A DNA stretch of 64,000 bases, taken from Clostridia bacterium (GTDB taxonomy: Bacteria; Bacillota; Clostridia; Lutisporales; Lutisporaceae). Below the pieces are notes generated by a model that searched no databases, was not told the DNA's origin, and worked only from the letters and a program-made list of their open reading frames with translations. This document shows, piece by piece, positions 48,352 through 58,042 of the stretch. Made by a program: the position numbers and the translations under genes. Position 1 is the stretch's first letter, and each line of letters starts with the position of its first letter. The stretch is taken from positions 413 through 64,412 of the forward strand of contig DASPLL010000087.1 in the NCBI GenBank assembly GCA_035627615.1, written 5' to 3'.

Positions 48352-50037
48352 ATGAAAAATGACGATAACGGTTTAAGAGGAAAAATTGCAAAGTTGAATC
48401 CCTTTGGAAAAGAACCCCTTGTGACTTTAGTAATAATCACTATTTTCATCTTTTTGTTTATATTCATAGTATATCCGTTATACAAGATCCTGATTATAAG
48501 CGTGACTGACAGCAACGGCAAACTGTCCTTTGAGGCAATCGGCAGTGTACTTGCCAACAAGTATTATCTGCAGAGCCTTATGAACAGTTTAGGCCTGGCA
48601 TTGGCGGTATCAGTTATATCATTATTTGTCGGATATATTTTTGCTTATGCGATAACGAGAGTAGATATGCCATTCAAACCATTTTTCAAAATGATGGCGA
48701 CGCTTCCTATTATATCACCACCATTTGTTCTGTCACTTTCCATGATAATGCTTTTTGGAAGGAACGGTTTAATTACAAATAAATTATTCGGACTGGAAAA
48801 TGTCAATATATATGGCTTCAACAGTCTGCTGGTCGTTCAGGTACTGTCATTTTTCCCGATTGCATACCTTACTTTATCAGGGATACTGGAGGCGATAGAT
48901 CCTTCAGTGGAAGATGCGGCACTGAATCTGGGTGCACAGAGAGGAAGGATTTTCAGAACTGTTACTTTGCCGCTGTCCTTTCCTGGAATTGCGAGTGCGC
49001 TTCTTCTTGTTATGGTGCAATCCCTGCAGGATTTTAGTAATCCCATGGTACTAGGTGGAAATTTCCATACGCTTGTTGTGCAGGCATATGTTGAGATAAT
49101 CGGAATGTACGACATGAAAAAAGGTGCAGTAATCTCCATAATGCTTTTACTGCCTACTCTTGCTGCATTCCTGCTTCAGAAGTACTGGGTAAGCGGAAAG
49201 TCCTATGTAACGGTTACAGGAAAACCATCCTATGAAAGACCGAAGCTGAACAATCCTGTAATCAAATGGAGTGCATTTGCATTGTGCTCACTCTTTACCG
49301 CAGTCATAATGCTGTTTTACGGAACAGTTATCTACGGCTCTTTCATTAAAATCTGGGGTGTCAACAACCAGTTTACCCTGGAAAATTACAAATATATATT
49401 TACTTTAGGTTCCGCACCTGTGAAGAATACCCTTAAGCTTGCCGCTTATGCGACACCTGTAGGAGGGCTGCTCAGCATGATCATTGCTTTCCTGGTTGTC
49501 CGGAAACAGTTTATTGGGAGAAAAGCCATGGAGTTTGTATCCCTGCTGGCTTTCGCCATACCAGGTACTGTAATAGGTATAGGGTACATATTGTCATTCA
49601 ATCAAAAGCCTCTTCTGCTGACAGGTACCGGGCTGATACTCGTAATGGCCTTCATATTCAGGAACATGCCGGTTGGAATTGAATCGGGTACTGCAACCTT
49701 GAAGCAAATAGACAGATCCATAGAGGAAGCTTCTACAAATCTTGGTGCAAGCAGCTTCCTGACCTTCAGGAAAATTACACTGCCGCTAATAAAATCCGCA
49801 TTTTTCTCAGGTCTGGTATATGCGTTCGTCCGGGCCATGACAGCTGTAAGTGCAGTAATATTGCTTATATCACCAAGATGGAACCTTGTAACCGTTTCAA
49901 TACTGGCACAGGTCGAAAACCTCAGGCTTGGAGTAGCTGCAGCATATGTGATTATTCTTATAATCATGATGATGGTGGCTATCGGCATTATGGATGCACT
50001 TGTAAAAAGACTTGTGAAAAAGAAAGAAACTGCATAA
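48352..50037 (+). CDS. ABC transporter permease with duplicated (2x6 TM) FbpB/AfuB-type architecture
   Basis: 561 aa with two BPD_transp_1 halves, each carrying an EAA-like loop (EDAALNLGAQRGRIFRTVTLP; EEASTNLGASSFLTFRKITLP). Confidence 0.88.
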   Translation: MKNDDNGLRGKIAKLNPFGKEPLVTLVIITIFIFLFIFIVYPLYKILIISVTDSNGKLSFEAIGSVLANKYYLQSLMNSLGLALAVSVISLFVGYIFAYAITRVDMPFKPFFKMMATLPIISPPFVLSLSMIMLFGRNGLITNKLFGLENVNIYGFNSLLVVQVLSFFPIAYLTLSGILEAIDPSVEDAALNLGAQRGRIFRTVTLPLSFPGIASALLLVMVQSLQDFSNPMVLGGNFHTLVVQAYVEIIGMYDMKKGAVISIMLLLPTLAAFLLQKYWVSGKSYVTVTGKPSYERPKLNNPVIKWSAFALCSLFTAVIMLFYGTVIYGSFIKIWGVNNQFTLENYKYIFTLGSAPVKNTLKLAAYATPVGGLLSMIIAFLVVRKQFIGRKAMEFVSLLAFAIPGTVIGIGYILSFNQKPLLLTGTGLILVMAFIFRNMPVGIESGTATLKQIDRSIEEASTNLGASSFLTFRKITLPLIKSAFFSGLVYAFVRAMTAVSAVILLISPRWNLVTVSILAQVENLRLGVAAAYVIILIIMMMVAIGIMDALVKRLVKKKETA

Positions 50038-50056
50038 GCAAAGAGGAGGGTCAATT

Positions 50057-51202
50057 ATGTCACAAACAAAACAGAAAAATACTCAGAATGAATATAACGG
50101 CAACAATGTTACACTGACTGAACTGAAAAAGGTATTCACAAAGCATGATAAAAGCGGTGAACTAATTGCAGTGAATAAAGTAAGCCTGGAATTTGAAAGC
50201 TCAAAGCTTACAACCCTGCTTGGGCCCTCAGGCTGCGGGAAGACCACCATACTCAGGATGATCGCCGGCTTTGAGCAGGTTACTTCGGGAGATATAAGCG
50301 TGGGTGGAAAATCCATAGTAGATACGGCGCCAAACAAGAGAGACCTGTCAATGGTGTTCCAGAGCTATGCCCTTTTCCCGCATATGGATATTTTTGAGAA
50401 TATCGCCTATGGCCTTCGTGTTAAGAAGCTGCCTGAAAATGAGATAAAGGAAAGAACAAATAAGGTTATAAAGCTGATGCAGCTGGATGGGATGGAGAAA
50501 CGGTATCCCAATCAGATATCAGGAGGCCAGCAGCAGAGGATAGCACTGGCAAGAGCAATAGTAATAGAACCAAAGGTGCTTCTTTTTGATGAACCGCTTT
50601 CCAACCTTGATGCCAAGCTCAGGGAGTATATGAGGGATGAAATAAGGAAGCTGCAGCTTAGACTTGGAATAACAAGCATTTATGTAACACATGACCAGAA
50701 TGAGGCAATGGCGATTTCGGATAAGGTTGTGATCATGAATCAGGGCAATATCGAGCAGTATGGCTCGCCACAGGAGATATACTACCACCCCAGGAACAAG
50801 TTCGTTGCCAATTTCATGGGTAAAGCGAATTTTATAAACGGCACTATTCAGGGGAAAGAGAGTAACGGGGTGTTTGTTAAAGTAGGAACTTACAGTGTTA
50901 AGGTCAATAATCCGGGATGGTATGATCCAAAACAGGGAGAGGATGTAACTCTTGTAATCAGGCCTGAGGCTGTAAAATTCTCCGGGAATTCTGAAGGTCT
51001 GGCCGGAAAGATCATAAGGGCAACCTTCCTAGGAAGCATTGCGGAATACGATATAGATATCCTTGGCAACAGCGTCTGTGTACAGGTATATAACCCGCAG
51101 CTTAACAATATATATGAAGCCGGTACTGAAGTGAGTCTGCTTCTTGACCCTGACTGCATAAGGATACTGCCTGCTAAAAGCGGTGAAGGCAATGAAATAT
51201 AG
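50057..51202 (+). CDS. ABC transporter ATP-binding protein (FbpC/PotA-type with a C-terminal TOBE-like domain)
   Basis: Walker A GPSGCGKTT, signature ISGGQQQR and Walker B LLFDEP. Confidence 0.92.
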   Translation: MSQTKQKNTQNEYNGNNVTLTELKKVFTKHDKSGELIAVNKVSLEFESSKLTTLLGPSGCGKTTILRMIAGFEQVTSGDISVGGKSIVDTAPNKRDLSMVFQSYALFPHMDIFENIAYGLRVKKLPENEIKERTNKVIKLMQLDGMEKRYPNQISGGQQQRIALARAIVIEPKVLLFDEPLSNLDAKLREYMRDEIRKLQLRLGITSIYVTHDQNEAMAISDKVVIMNQGNIEQYGSPQEIYYHPRNKFVANFMGKANFINGTIQGKESNGVFVKVGTYSVKVNNPGWYDPKQGEDVTLVIRPEAVKFSGNSEGLAGKIIRATFLGSIAEYDIDILGNSVCVQVYNPQLNNIYEAGTEVSLLLDPDCIRILPAKSGEGNEI

Positions 51203-51995
51203 GCTTATAGTATCTGATATAGACGGAACGCTGGTGAACAGCAGCAGGCAGATTGCAGAACGGACAAAAGCAGCCATACACAGTTTCCAGTCCCTGGGCG
51301 GAGTATTTGCCATAGCTACAGGGCGTATTGAGGAATCTGCACGGAAGTACTATGACGAGCTGCAACTGAAAACTCCGGCGATTTTATACAATGGGGCCAA
51401 GATCGTTGAGCTTGCGAATAATAAATGCCTTATGGAGAATGTACTGGAGGAGGAGCATTTCATTCAGGCTGTAAAGCTCCTTACTGAGATGGATTGCAGC
51501 GCTATAGTATACAGCTCCGGTAAAGCATATGTGAGGCAGATAAATGATACTATCAGGACTTATATGGAAAAGGACAATGTTTTGTGCATTCAGGTTGATG
51601 ACTTCATATCATGTATTGAGGGAAAACCGAACAAGATCCTGATCATTGGAAACGACGGTATTTTTAAGAAATTCCTGGATGCATTTGAGTCTTCATGCAG
51701 CGTAAAGCCCAATACTGTAAAATCAGAAGCCGAATATCTGGAGATACTTCCGAGAAACACTTCAAAGGGAAAAGCTTTGAAGAATCTGGCGGAGCTTTTA
51801 AAAATACCTATTGAGCAGGTAGCTGCTGCGGGAGACAATTTGAATGATTATGAGATGCTTAAGGAGGCAGGGCTGGGAATCGCAGTAAGCAATTCAGCCC
51901 CGCAGCTTCTGGAAGCAGCAGATTTGGTTGCTAAATCCAATGACGAGGATGGTGTGGCTGAAATCATTGAACGGATCATAAAAGGAGAGTTATAG
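51192..51995 (+). CDS. Cof-type HAD-IIB phosphatase
   Basis: LIVSDIDGTL ... GDNLNDYEML. The start is ATG 51192 or GTG 51183, and either overlaps the ATPase gene end. Confidence 0.85.
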   Translation: MKYRLIVSDIDGTLVNSSRQIAERTKAAIHSFQSLGGVFAIATGRIEESARKYYDELQLKTPAILYNGAKIVELANNKCLMENVLEEEHFIQAVKLLTEMDCSAIVYSSGKAYVRQINDTIRTYMEKDNVLCIQVDDFISCIEGKPNKILIIGNDGIFKKFLDAFESSCSVKPNTVKSEAEYLEILPRNTSKGKALKNLAELLKIPIEQVAAAGDNLNDYEMLKEAGLGIAVSNSAPQLLEAADLVAKSNDEDGVAEIIERIIKGEL

Positions 51996-52025
51996 AATTT
52001 TGAATATATTAGGGGGAGCCGGTAT

Positions 52026-53036
52026 ATGGTGACCGTAATGGCTGTATTAACAATAGCTGTAGGATTTATTTTCGCATTCATCAATGGATTTCATGACGGA
52101 TGCAATGTACTGGCATCGAGTATTTCATCGAGGTCGATCCTACCCAAAAAAGCAATGCTTATAGCATGTATGGCTGAATTCACCGGGGCACTCATATTGG
52201 GAACTGCTGTCGCAGATACCATAGGCAGAGGCGTTGTTTATCCAAACTATGTTCTGGCTGAAGAACCTGTGATAGGTGTGATTTTTGTACTTTCCACCCT
52301 GCTTGGGGGGATCGTATGGAATCTGATCACCTGGAAATATGGGATACCGTCAAGCTCTTCCCATGCATTAATGGGTGGGTTAATGGGAGCAGGAATACTT
52401 CTGTTCGGCTGGCATTCAATCAATTGGATTAATATATTGTTCAGGGTCGTTATTGTAATGTTCACTTCCCCCATTATAGGTTTTTCTATAGGATACTTAT
52501 TCATGAAACTGGCCTTTGTACTTTTGAAGAACAGCAGTAAGGATATTAACGAGCATTTAAAAACGGTGCAGCATTTCAGTATGTTTTTTCTGGGAATAAG
52601 CCACGGAAGCAGCGATTCTCAAAAATCAATGGGACTCATAGCTCTGATATTGATGGTAACAAGCGGCGGCTCGGAATTCTACGTGCCCCTTTGGGTAAAA
52701 CTGGGATGCGCAGCAGCTATTACGGCAGGACTTTCTGCCGGGGGCTGGAACATAATTAAAACAGTCGGAGACAGGATATACAAGCTAAAACCTATACATT
52801 CCTTCAGTTCACAGATAGCTGCATCAAGTGTGATTGCAGCAGCCTCAATATTCGGATCCCCGGTAAGCACCACACAGATAGTGATTTCAACTGTGATGGG
52901 TGTGGGTGCAGGAGACCGTTATAAGAAAGTGAACTGGAACACTGTAAAAAGTATAGGCGCCGCATGGTTTACAACAATACCCTCGGCTGCCGCAATATCT
53001 GCACTTTTGGCATTTGCAATGAGGGCTGTGTTTTAA
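52026..53036 (+). CDS. pit: Inorganic phosphate transporter, PiT family
   Basis: FINGFHDGCNVLASSIS and GWNIIKTVG motifs of the PHO4/PiT family. Multi-pass membrane protein. Confidence 0.9.
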   Translation: MVTVMAVLTIAVGFIFAFINGFHDGCNVLASSISSRSILPKKAMLIACMAEFTGALILGTAVADTIGRGVVYPNYVLAEEPVIGVIFVLSTLLGGIVWNLITWKYGIPSSSSHALMGGLMGAGILLFGWHSINWINILFRVVIVMFTSPIIGFSIGYLFMKLAFVLLKNSSKDINEHLKTVQHFSMFFLGISHGSSDSQKSMGLIALILMVTSGGSEFYVPLWVKLGCAAAITAGLSAGGWNIIKTVGDRIYKLKPIHSFSSQIAASSVIAAASIFGSPVSTTQIVISTVMGVGAGDRYKKVNWNTVKSIGAAWFTTIPSAAAISALLAFAMRAVF

Positions 53037-53064
53037 TTTTCAAAAATGACAGGAGGAAGAACAA

Positions 53065-54315
53065 TTGGGAAAAGGGAATTTACTGGTCGGGCAGTCGGGA
53101 GGCCCTACTTCGGTGATAAACGCAAGCTTATACGGTGTGATTGATGAAGCAAGGAATTACAGTGAAATAGACACTGTTATCGGTATGCTTCACGGTATAG
53201 AAGGCGCTTTGAAAGAGGATTTCATCAATTTATCTGCGCAAAGCAGGGAGACTCTGGAGGGAATGAGGCTTACACCCGGAGCGGCAATAGGCGGCTGCAG
53301 GTTCAGGATAAACAACACAGATGCAGAGGATGCTGATAATAAGAAACTGTTCAGCATTTTCAAGAAATATAATATCAGATATCTTGTTTATATGGGCGGA
53401 AACGACTCAATGGATACTACCGATAAAATAAGCCGGCTGGCAGAAAAGATGAATTATGAACTGAAGGTTATGGGAGTACCCAAGACTATAGACAATGACC
53501 TGGTAGAGACACATCACTGCCCGGGCTACGGAAGCAATGCCAAATATGTGATAACTACTGTAATGGAGGCCGGCTTACATAACAGGAGCATGTATACCTC
53601 GGAGACAGTATCCATTCTGACAACTGTAGGGCGGAATACAGGATGGCTGCCGGCTGCCAGCATACTTGCAAAGAGGAGTCCGGAGGATGCGCCCCATCTG
53701 ATATACCTGCCGGAAGTGCCTTTTGACGCGGAAAGATTCCTTGAGGATGTGAAAAAGACAGTAGCAAGGATCGGCGGGGCATTTATCGTAACAGGTGAAG
53801 GCCTTATGGATAAGAATGGTGAATATGTGAATGTGAATCAGAACAGTGTGGCTACAGATGCTTTCGGACATCCGGAGCTGGGTGGTGTAGGAGACTATCT
53901 GAAAGGTCTGATTGAGAACAGGCTTAAGCTGAGGGCAAGGGTAATAAAGCCGGATATAGCACAACAGGCAGCTATACACTGTGCATCCCTTACAGATATC
54001 AAAGAAGCGGAAATGGCCGGAAGAGCAGCTATCCGCGCATTTTCGGAGGGAAAATCAGGCTATATGGTAACCTATGAGGCCGAAGGCTCAGACTGCAGTT
54101 ACAAATGCGGCACAGGGCTCGTGGAATTGCACAAAGTCGCCAATGAAGAGCGTAAAGTGCCTGCATGCTATATTAATGAAGAAGGTAATTTCATAAAGGA
54201 AGAGTTTGCTGACTATGTAAGACCTCTGATACAGGGTGAGGTAGAGCTCCGGACCGAGGGTGGCCTGCCGCTTTATACCAAGCTTGAAAAGCTCCCTGTA
54301 ATCATGAAGCCTTAA
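53065..54315 (+). CDS. pfp: Phosphofructokinase, PPi-dependent type
   Basis: TTG start after AGGAGGAAG. The PFK fold has GGNDS (Asp at the position of E. coli Gly104) and PKTIDND (Lys at Gly124), the residues used to distinguish PPi-PFK from ATP-PFK. Confidence 0.8.
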   Translation: MGKGNLLVGQSGGPTSVINASLYGVIDEARNYSEIDTVIGMLHGIEGALKEDFINLSAQSRETLEGMRLTPGAAIGGCRFRINNTDAEDADNKKLFSIFKKYNIRYLVYMGGNDSMDTTDKISRLAEKMNYELKVMGVPKTIDNDLVETHHCPGYGSNAKYVITTVMEAGLHNRSMYTSETVSILTTVGRNTGWLPAASILAKRSPEDAPHLIYLPEVPFDAERFLEDVKKTVARIGGAFIVTGEGLMDKNGEYVNVNQNSVATDAFGHPELGGVGDYLKGLIENRLKLRARVIKPDIAQQAAIHCASLTDIKEAEMAGRAAIRAFSEGKSGYMVTYEAEGSDCSYKCGTGLVELHKVANEERKVPACYINEEGNFIKEEFADYVRPLIQGEVELRTEGGLPLYTKLEKLPVIMKP

Positions 54316-54337
54316 ATGTGTTATATGCTTTGAAAGG

Positions 54338-54967
54338 ATGAAGGATATGAGCTTTTTTAAAAGCCTGTTAAGTGAAAAATCCCAGGAGGGGTTTTATAAG
54401 ATGCTTACAAAACAATGCGAAATGACAGTGGAAGCAATTGATGAGCTATGTGAATATGTTGAGAATCCGAGCAAAAGTACGCAGTTGAAGATAACGCACC
54501 TTGAAAGGGAAGCGGATAATATCAGAAGAGAACTCATTTGCATGTTGGAAGCGGCTTTTATCACTCCTTTTGAAAGAGAAGACATATTCTCCCTGTCAAA
54601 GGCCATTGATGATTTGCTTGACTATTCAAAGTCTACAGTGGACGAGATCGAGATATTCGGGCTGGATACCAACAAGGACCTTAAGGACATGGTATATATT
54701 ATCAGAGATGCTGTACTATGCATACTAAAGACCGTAAGGGTAATGGACAATCCCAAGAACAAATGCCAGGATGATATAATAAAAGCAAAGAAATACGAGA
54801 ATGCAATGGAAAACCTGTACAGGTATGCATTGGTAAGACTGGTTGAAAATGAAGACATCAGATATATACTTAAGATGAGGGAGGTTTACAGGCATTTGAG
54901 CAATTTGGCGGACAAAATCGATATAGCCGCCGACATTCTTGGGAATATTATGCTGAAAAGAAGCTAG
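54338..54967 (+). CDS. DUF47 / PhoU-like Pit accessory protein
   Basis: About 205 aa, helical, resembling TIGR00153. The start is ATG 54338 or 54347. Confidence 0.7.
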   Translation: MKDMSFFKSLLSEKSQEGFYKMLTKQCEMTVEAIDELCEYVENPSKSTQLKITHLEREADNIRRELICMLEAAFITPFEREDIFSLSKAIDDLLDYSKSTVDEIEIFGLDTNKDLKDMVYIIRDAVLCILKTVRVMDNPKNKCQDDIIKAKKYENAMENLYRYALVRLVENEDIRYILKMREVYRHLSNLADKIDIAADILGNIMLKRS

Positions 54968-55078
54968 AGAGGGCTGCTGTGAAATAAATTATTTTGCAGC
55001 AGTCTCTTTTTGTTGTAAACAGAAGCCTGGGGCATTATAATGTAAGAGTTGAATCAATAATGAAAGGGTGCAATTCTG

Positions 55079-56395
55079 ATGACAGCTAGAGCTTTAAAAT
55101 GGAGTGCAATAATTGTAGTGCTGCTCTCGGTGCTGTTTCCTGTGGGAGCATATTTCGGAGTTGTTGCTGTTTTCATATTAGCCATAAAAGCCAGGAAAAC
55201 AAGGCAGCTGCTATCTGAACTCTCTCTTGATACTCCTTTGCTGATAATGCTTTTTTCCGTTTTCCTGTCTGTAATATATTCCAGGGATATGCTGCTCAGC
55301 GTAGGCGGCGCTGCAATGATCTGCCTGAACATAGGGTTCTATCTGGTACTGGCTGTTGAATTGAAGAATATCAAGCGTCAGAGCTGCTATAATATACTGA
55401 ACATAGCCTGTATTCTGGCATGCCTGTTCGGGATATATCAGTCCGCAAGCGGTGACCTGAATCTGCAGAAGAGCTGGGTGGACGAAAAGACCTTCGGCGT
55501 CCTTGTCAGGGTGTATTCTACCCTTCTGAATCCCAATATATTCGCTGCATATCTGGCTATGAACCTGTCCTTTGGATTGGCCCGGTTCCGGAGCCTCAGG
55601 GAGAATCTGCTCCTTACAATCAATATAGTGCTGTCATCCATTTGTCTGCTGCTTACTCACTCCAGGGGTGGTTTTGCCGCATTTTTCACAGCAATGCTTT
55701 TAATGTACCTGCTTAAGGGAAGAAAAATAGGGATAGCTGTATATCTGGCTGCAATGGCAGGGGCATATGCTGCAATAAATACTACCGCCTATTCCAATAG
55801 AGCCGCCCTGACGGCAATATATCAGGACAGCAGCAGCCTTTACAGACTGGAGATATGGAAGGCAGCCCTGAAAATGTTCTTTAATGACCCTGTCTTCGGA
55901 CATGGAATAGGCACTACATGGTATTACCTTTCCAGTGGTTCTGAAAAGCTGTACAGGTACATACTGCACAGCCATAACATATATCTGCAGGTAGCTGCTG
56001 AGATGGGGATAACCGGATTAGCCGCTTTCACATACCTTGTAATAAGGAAGCTTTGGGAGGGCTTAAAGCTTCTCCGTAGAAAAACCTTAGGAGAAGAAAA
56101 ATATATAATACAAGGCTTCATAGCATGCTCTGCCGGAATTGCCGTACACGGACTGGTTGATGCGGTGGTATTTGTACCTGCAATGAGTCTGATATTCATG
56201 GGGTATTATGCTTTGTACAGCAGTGTGATATCAGAGCATCGCGCAGAGCTGCCCGCCAGAATATCAGTACCCTCAGTGCCCAAATACGGAACTGTTCAAT
56301 TACTTGAGGGCAAAGGTGCTCTTAAGCTGTTTGGCAGTAAACGTTCCCGTAAGGATAAGTATCAGAAAGAAGAAAGCAAGGCCTACCAGGCTTGA
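55079..56395 (+). CDS. O-antigen ligase-like (Wzy_C) membrane protein
   Basis: About 10-12 TM helices and the Wzy_C motif HSHNIYLQVAAEMGITGL. Confidence 0.8.
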   Translation: MTARALKWSAIIVVLLSVLFPVGAYFGVVAVFILAIKARKTRQLLSELSLDTPLLIMLFSVFLSVIYSRDMLLSVGGAAMICLNIGFYLVLAVELKNIKRQSCYNILNIACILACLFGIYQSASGDLNLQKSWVDEKTFGVLVRVYSTLLNPNIFAAYLAMNLSFGLARFRSLRENLLLTINIVLSSICLLLTHSRGGFAAFFTAMLLMYLLKGRKIGIAVYLAAMAGAYAAINTTAYSNRAALTAIYQDSSSLYRLEIWKAALKMFFNDPVFGHGIGTTWYYLSSGSEKLYRYILHSHNIYLQVAAEMGITGLAAFTYLVIRKLWEGLKLLRRKTLGEEKYIIQGFIACSAGIAVHGLVDAVVFVPAMSLIFMGYYALYSSVISEHRAELPARISVPSVPKYGTVQLLEGKGALKLFGSKRSRKDKYQKEESKAYQA

Positions 56396-57835
56396 TATAG
56401 TCATATTGTAGCTATGTATACCGTTTGCCGTGAGATAAAGATTGCAGCACTTGATCATTATGAACATTCCGATAAATCCGGCAAAGGGCTTAACAAATGC
56501 ATTGAAAAAATCTATGCGTATCTGGTGAATGCGTTTCAAATCTGTCAGATTCCACAGGCATACCAATATGGCGCTTGCGCAGAAGCCTATAACATATCCG
56601 TATATTCCTACGGAGGGTATTGGAATTAAGAAATATGAGCATACAACGGATATAATGATATGGAGTATGGAGTTTTTAAATACCACATGCTGCATACCGA
56701 CGCCATTCAGTACTGCAAACAATGTGAACTGCCAGTACTCGAAAACACATACGAAAGCCATCCAGAAAAGCATATTTCCTGCTTCAGGGCATTTGAAGAA
56801 TATCCTGCACAGCTCCCATGGAAAGATTATGAAGAGGGAAGTGGAAGCAAGGGCTATAACTGAAGTGATTTTGAGAGAATCGTTGCATTTTTTGTTCATT
56901 GCGGTCCAATTACCTGCAGTATAGGAGGAGGCTATGGCCGGAACCAGTGTAATACCAAGAGAGGCAACTATGACAAAAGGATAGAAAAGCAGCGGCATCA
57001 CCATGCCTGTTACCTGTCCGTATAGGGACAGTGCATTGGAGTTGCTGTAACCGGCAAGACGAAGCTGCATAGGTATAAGTACTGCAATTATCATATCCAT
57101 GATGGTTGTAAGAGCACCGCTGAAAGACAGGGGAAGTGCCATCCTGAGTATTCTGCTTATGATCGTTATGGTTGAATCAGTCTGTGCATAGGACGCTGCG
57201 GCGGTCCTTTTCATTTTGTAGCTGGAGTATAGAAGAACTAGGCTTATAAGCTCACCTGCCGCCATCGCGGCCATCACGCCTGCACATACATATTCAATAC
57301 CAAAGGGAAGCAGAAAATATGTAGTCAGAAGAAGACCTCCAACACGGATAAGCTTTTCCAGTATATCGATCAGAGCAGGGGGATTGACATCCTGCAATCC
57401 GAAAAAATAGCCTTTCAATACCGCACTTAAAGAAATAAAGAATACTGCAGGAGTGAATACCATAATGGAGAGAGATGTCCTGTGGTCCTTCAGTACGTGA
57501 TCTGCAAGGTATTCAGCATTGAAAAATATGAAGGTGCAGAGGATAAGACTCCATAAACCTATAGTAATACTGCATATTTTTATTATCTTGTACATATTCC
57601 TGAAATTGTGCTTCGGCGCCTGTTCTGCCACCAGCTTGGAGGTTGCTGTCGTTATTCCACCTGAAACCAGTGTTATGAATAGAAAATATAAGGGCAGGAC
57701 CAGCTGGTATACCCCTATGCCTTCAGAACCTATTGCCCTTGTAAGAAAAACCCTGTAAATGAAGTTTAGAGACCCGGTTATAAGATTTGTCAAGGTCAGA
57801 ATAAAAGCGCCCTGTATGTAAGTAAGTTTCTTCAA
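56300..57835 (-). CDS. MOP-superfamily flippase, SpoVB-like (stage V sporulation protein B / polysaccharide biosynthesis protein)
   Basis: 511 aa with about 14 TM helices. The N-terminus IQGAFILTLTNLITGSLNFIYRVFLTRAIGSEGIGVYQ is typical of SpoVB/MurJ-like proteins. Confidence 0.8.
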   Translation of the reverse strand: MKKLTYIQGAFILTLTNLITGSLNFIYRVFLTRAIGSEGIGVYQLVLPLYFLFITLVSGGITTATSKLVAEQAPKHNFRNMYKIIKICSITIGLWSLILCTFIFFNAEYLADHVLKDHRTSLSIMVFTPAVFFISLSAVLKGYFFGLQDVNPPALIDILEKLIRVGGLLLTTYFLLPFGIEYVCAGVMAAMAAGELISLVLLYSSYKMKRTAAASYAQTDSTITIISRILRMALPLSFSGALTTIMDMIIAVLIPMQLRLAGYSNSNALSLYGQVTGMVMPLLFYPFVIVASLGITLVPAIASSYTAGNWTAMNKKCNDSLKITSVIALASTSLFIIFPWELCRIFFKCPEAGNMLFWMAFVCVFEYWQFTLFAVLNGVGMQHVVFKNSILHIIISVVCSYFLIPIPSVGIYGYVIGFCASAILVCLWNLTDLKRIHQIRIDFFNAFVKPFAGFIGMFIMIKCCNLYLTANGIHSYNMTISSLVGLAFFFLILILTGTFTAKQLKSTFALK

Positions 57836-57930
57836 TGCTTATCCACTCCTCAAAAAACATCTATATTAAATATAGTATTTTGAGTGCCAGTACAATATTA
57901 ATGGAAATTTATTCGAGGGTGGAGGGTACA

Positions 57931-58036
57931 GGGTTGCGAGGCTGCGAGGCTGCGAGACTACGGGGTAGGGGCGATTCATGAATCGCCCGTACAGGCTACG
58001 AAGCTTGGGTTGTAGGGAACGCATTGCATGCGTTCC
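57931..58036. repeat. GC-rich repeat element: 8-bp-period tandem units (GGYTGCGA) followed by two palindromes
   Basis: Units ggttgcga ggctgcga ggctgcga gactacgg ggtagggg, then the perfect 20-bp palindrome gggcgattcatgaatcgccc (57969-57988) and ggaacgcat-tgc-atgcgttcc (58016-58036). Related to 62211..62290. Confidence 0.85.
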
Positions 58037-58042
58037 GAATTG

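Noticed and set aside
54501-54728. 75-aa alternative-frame ORF inside the DUF47 gene, plus antisense ORFs at 54394..54606 and 54622..54858
   Set aside because: They overlap a coherent helical DUF47/PhoU-like reading frame and have no RBS.
57931-58036. Possible CRISPR array or mobile element at the GC-rich repeats (also 62211..62290)
   Set aside because: The period is only 8 bp with no spacers, so it is not CRISPR. There are no terminal inverted repeats flanking a transposase and no target duplications that I could see, so it is not demonstrably a MITE or IS.
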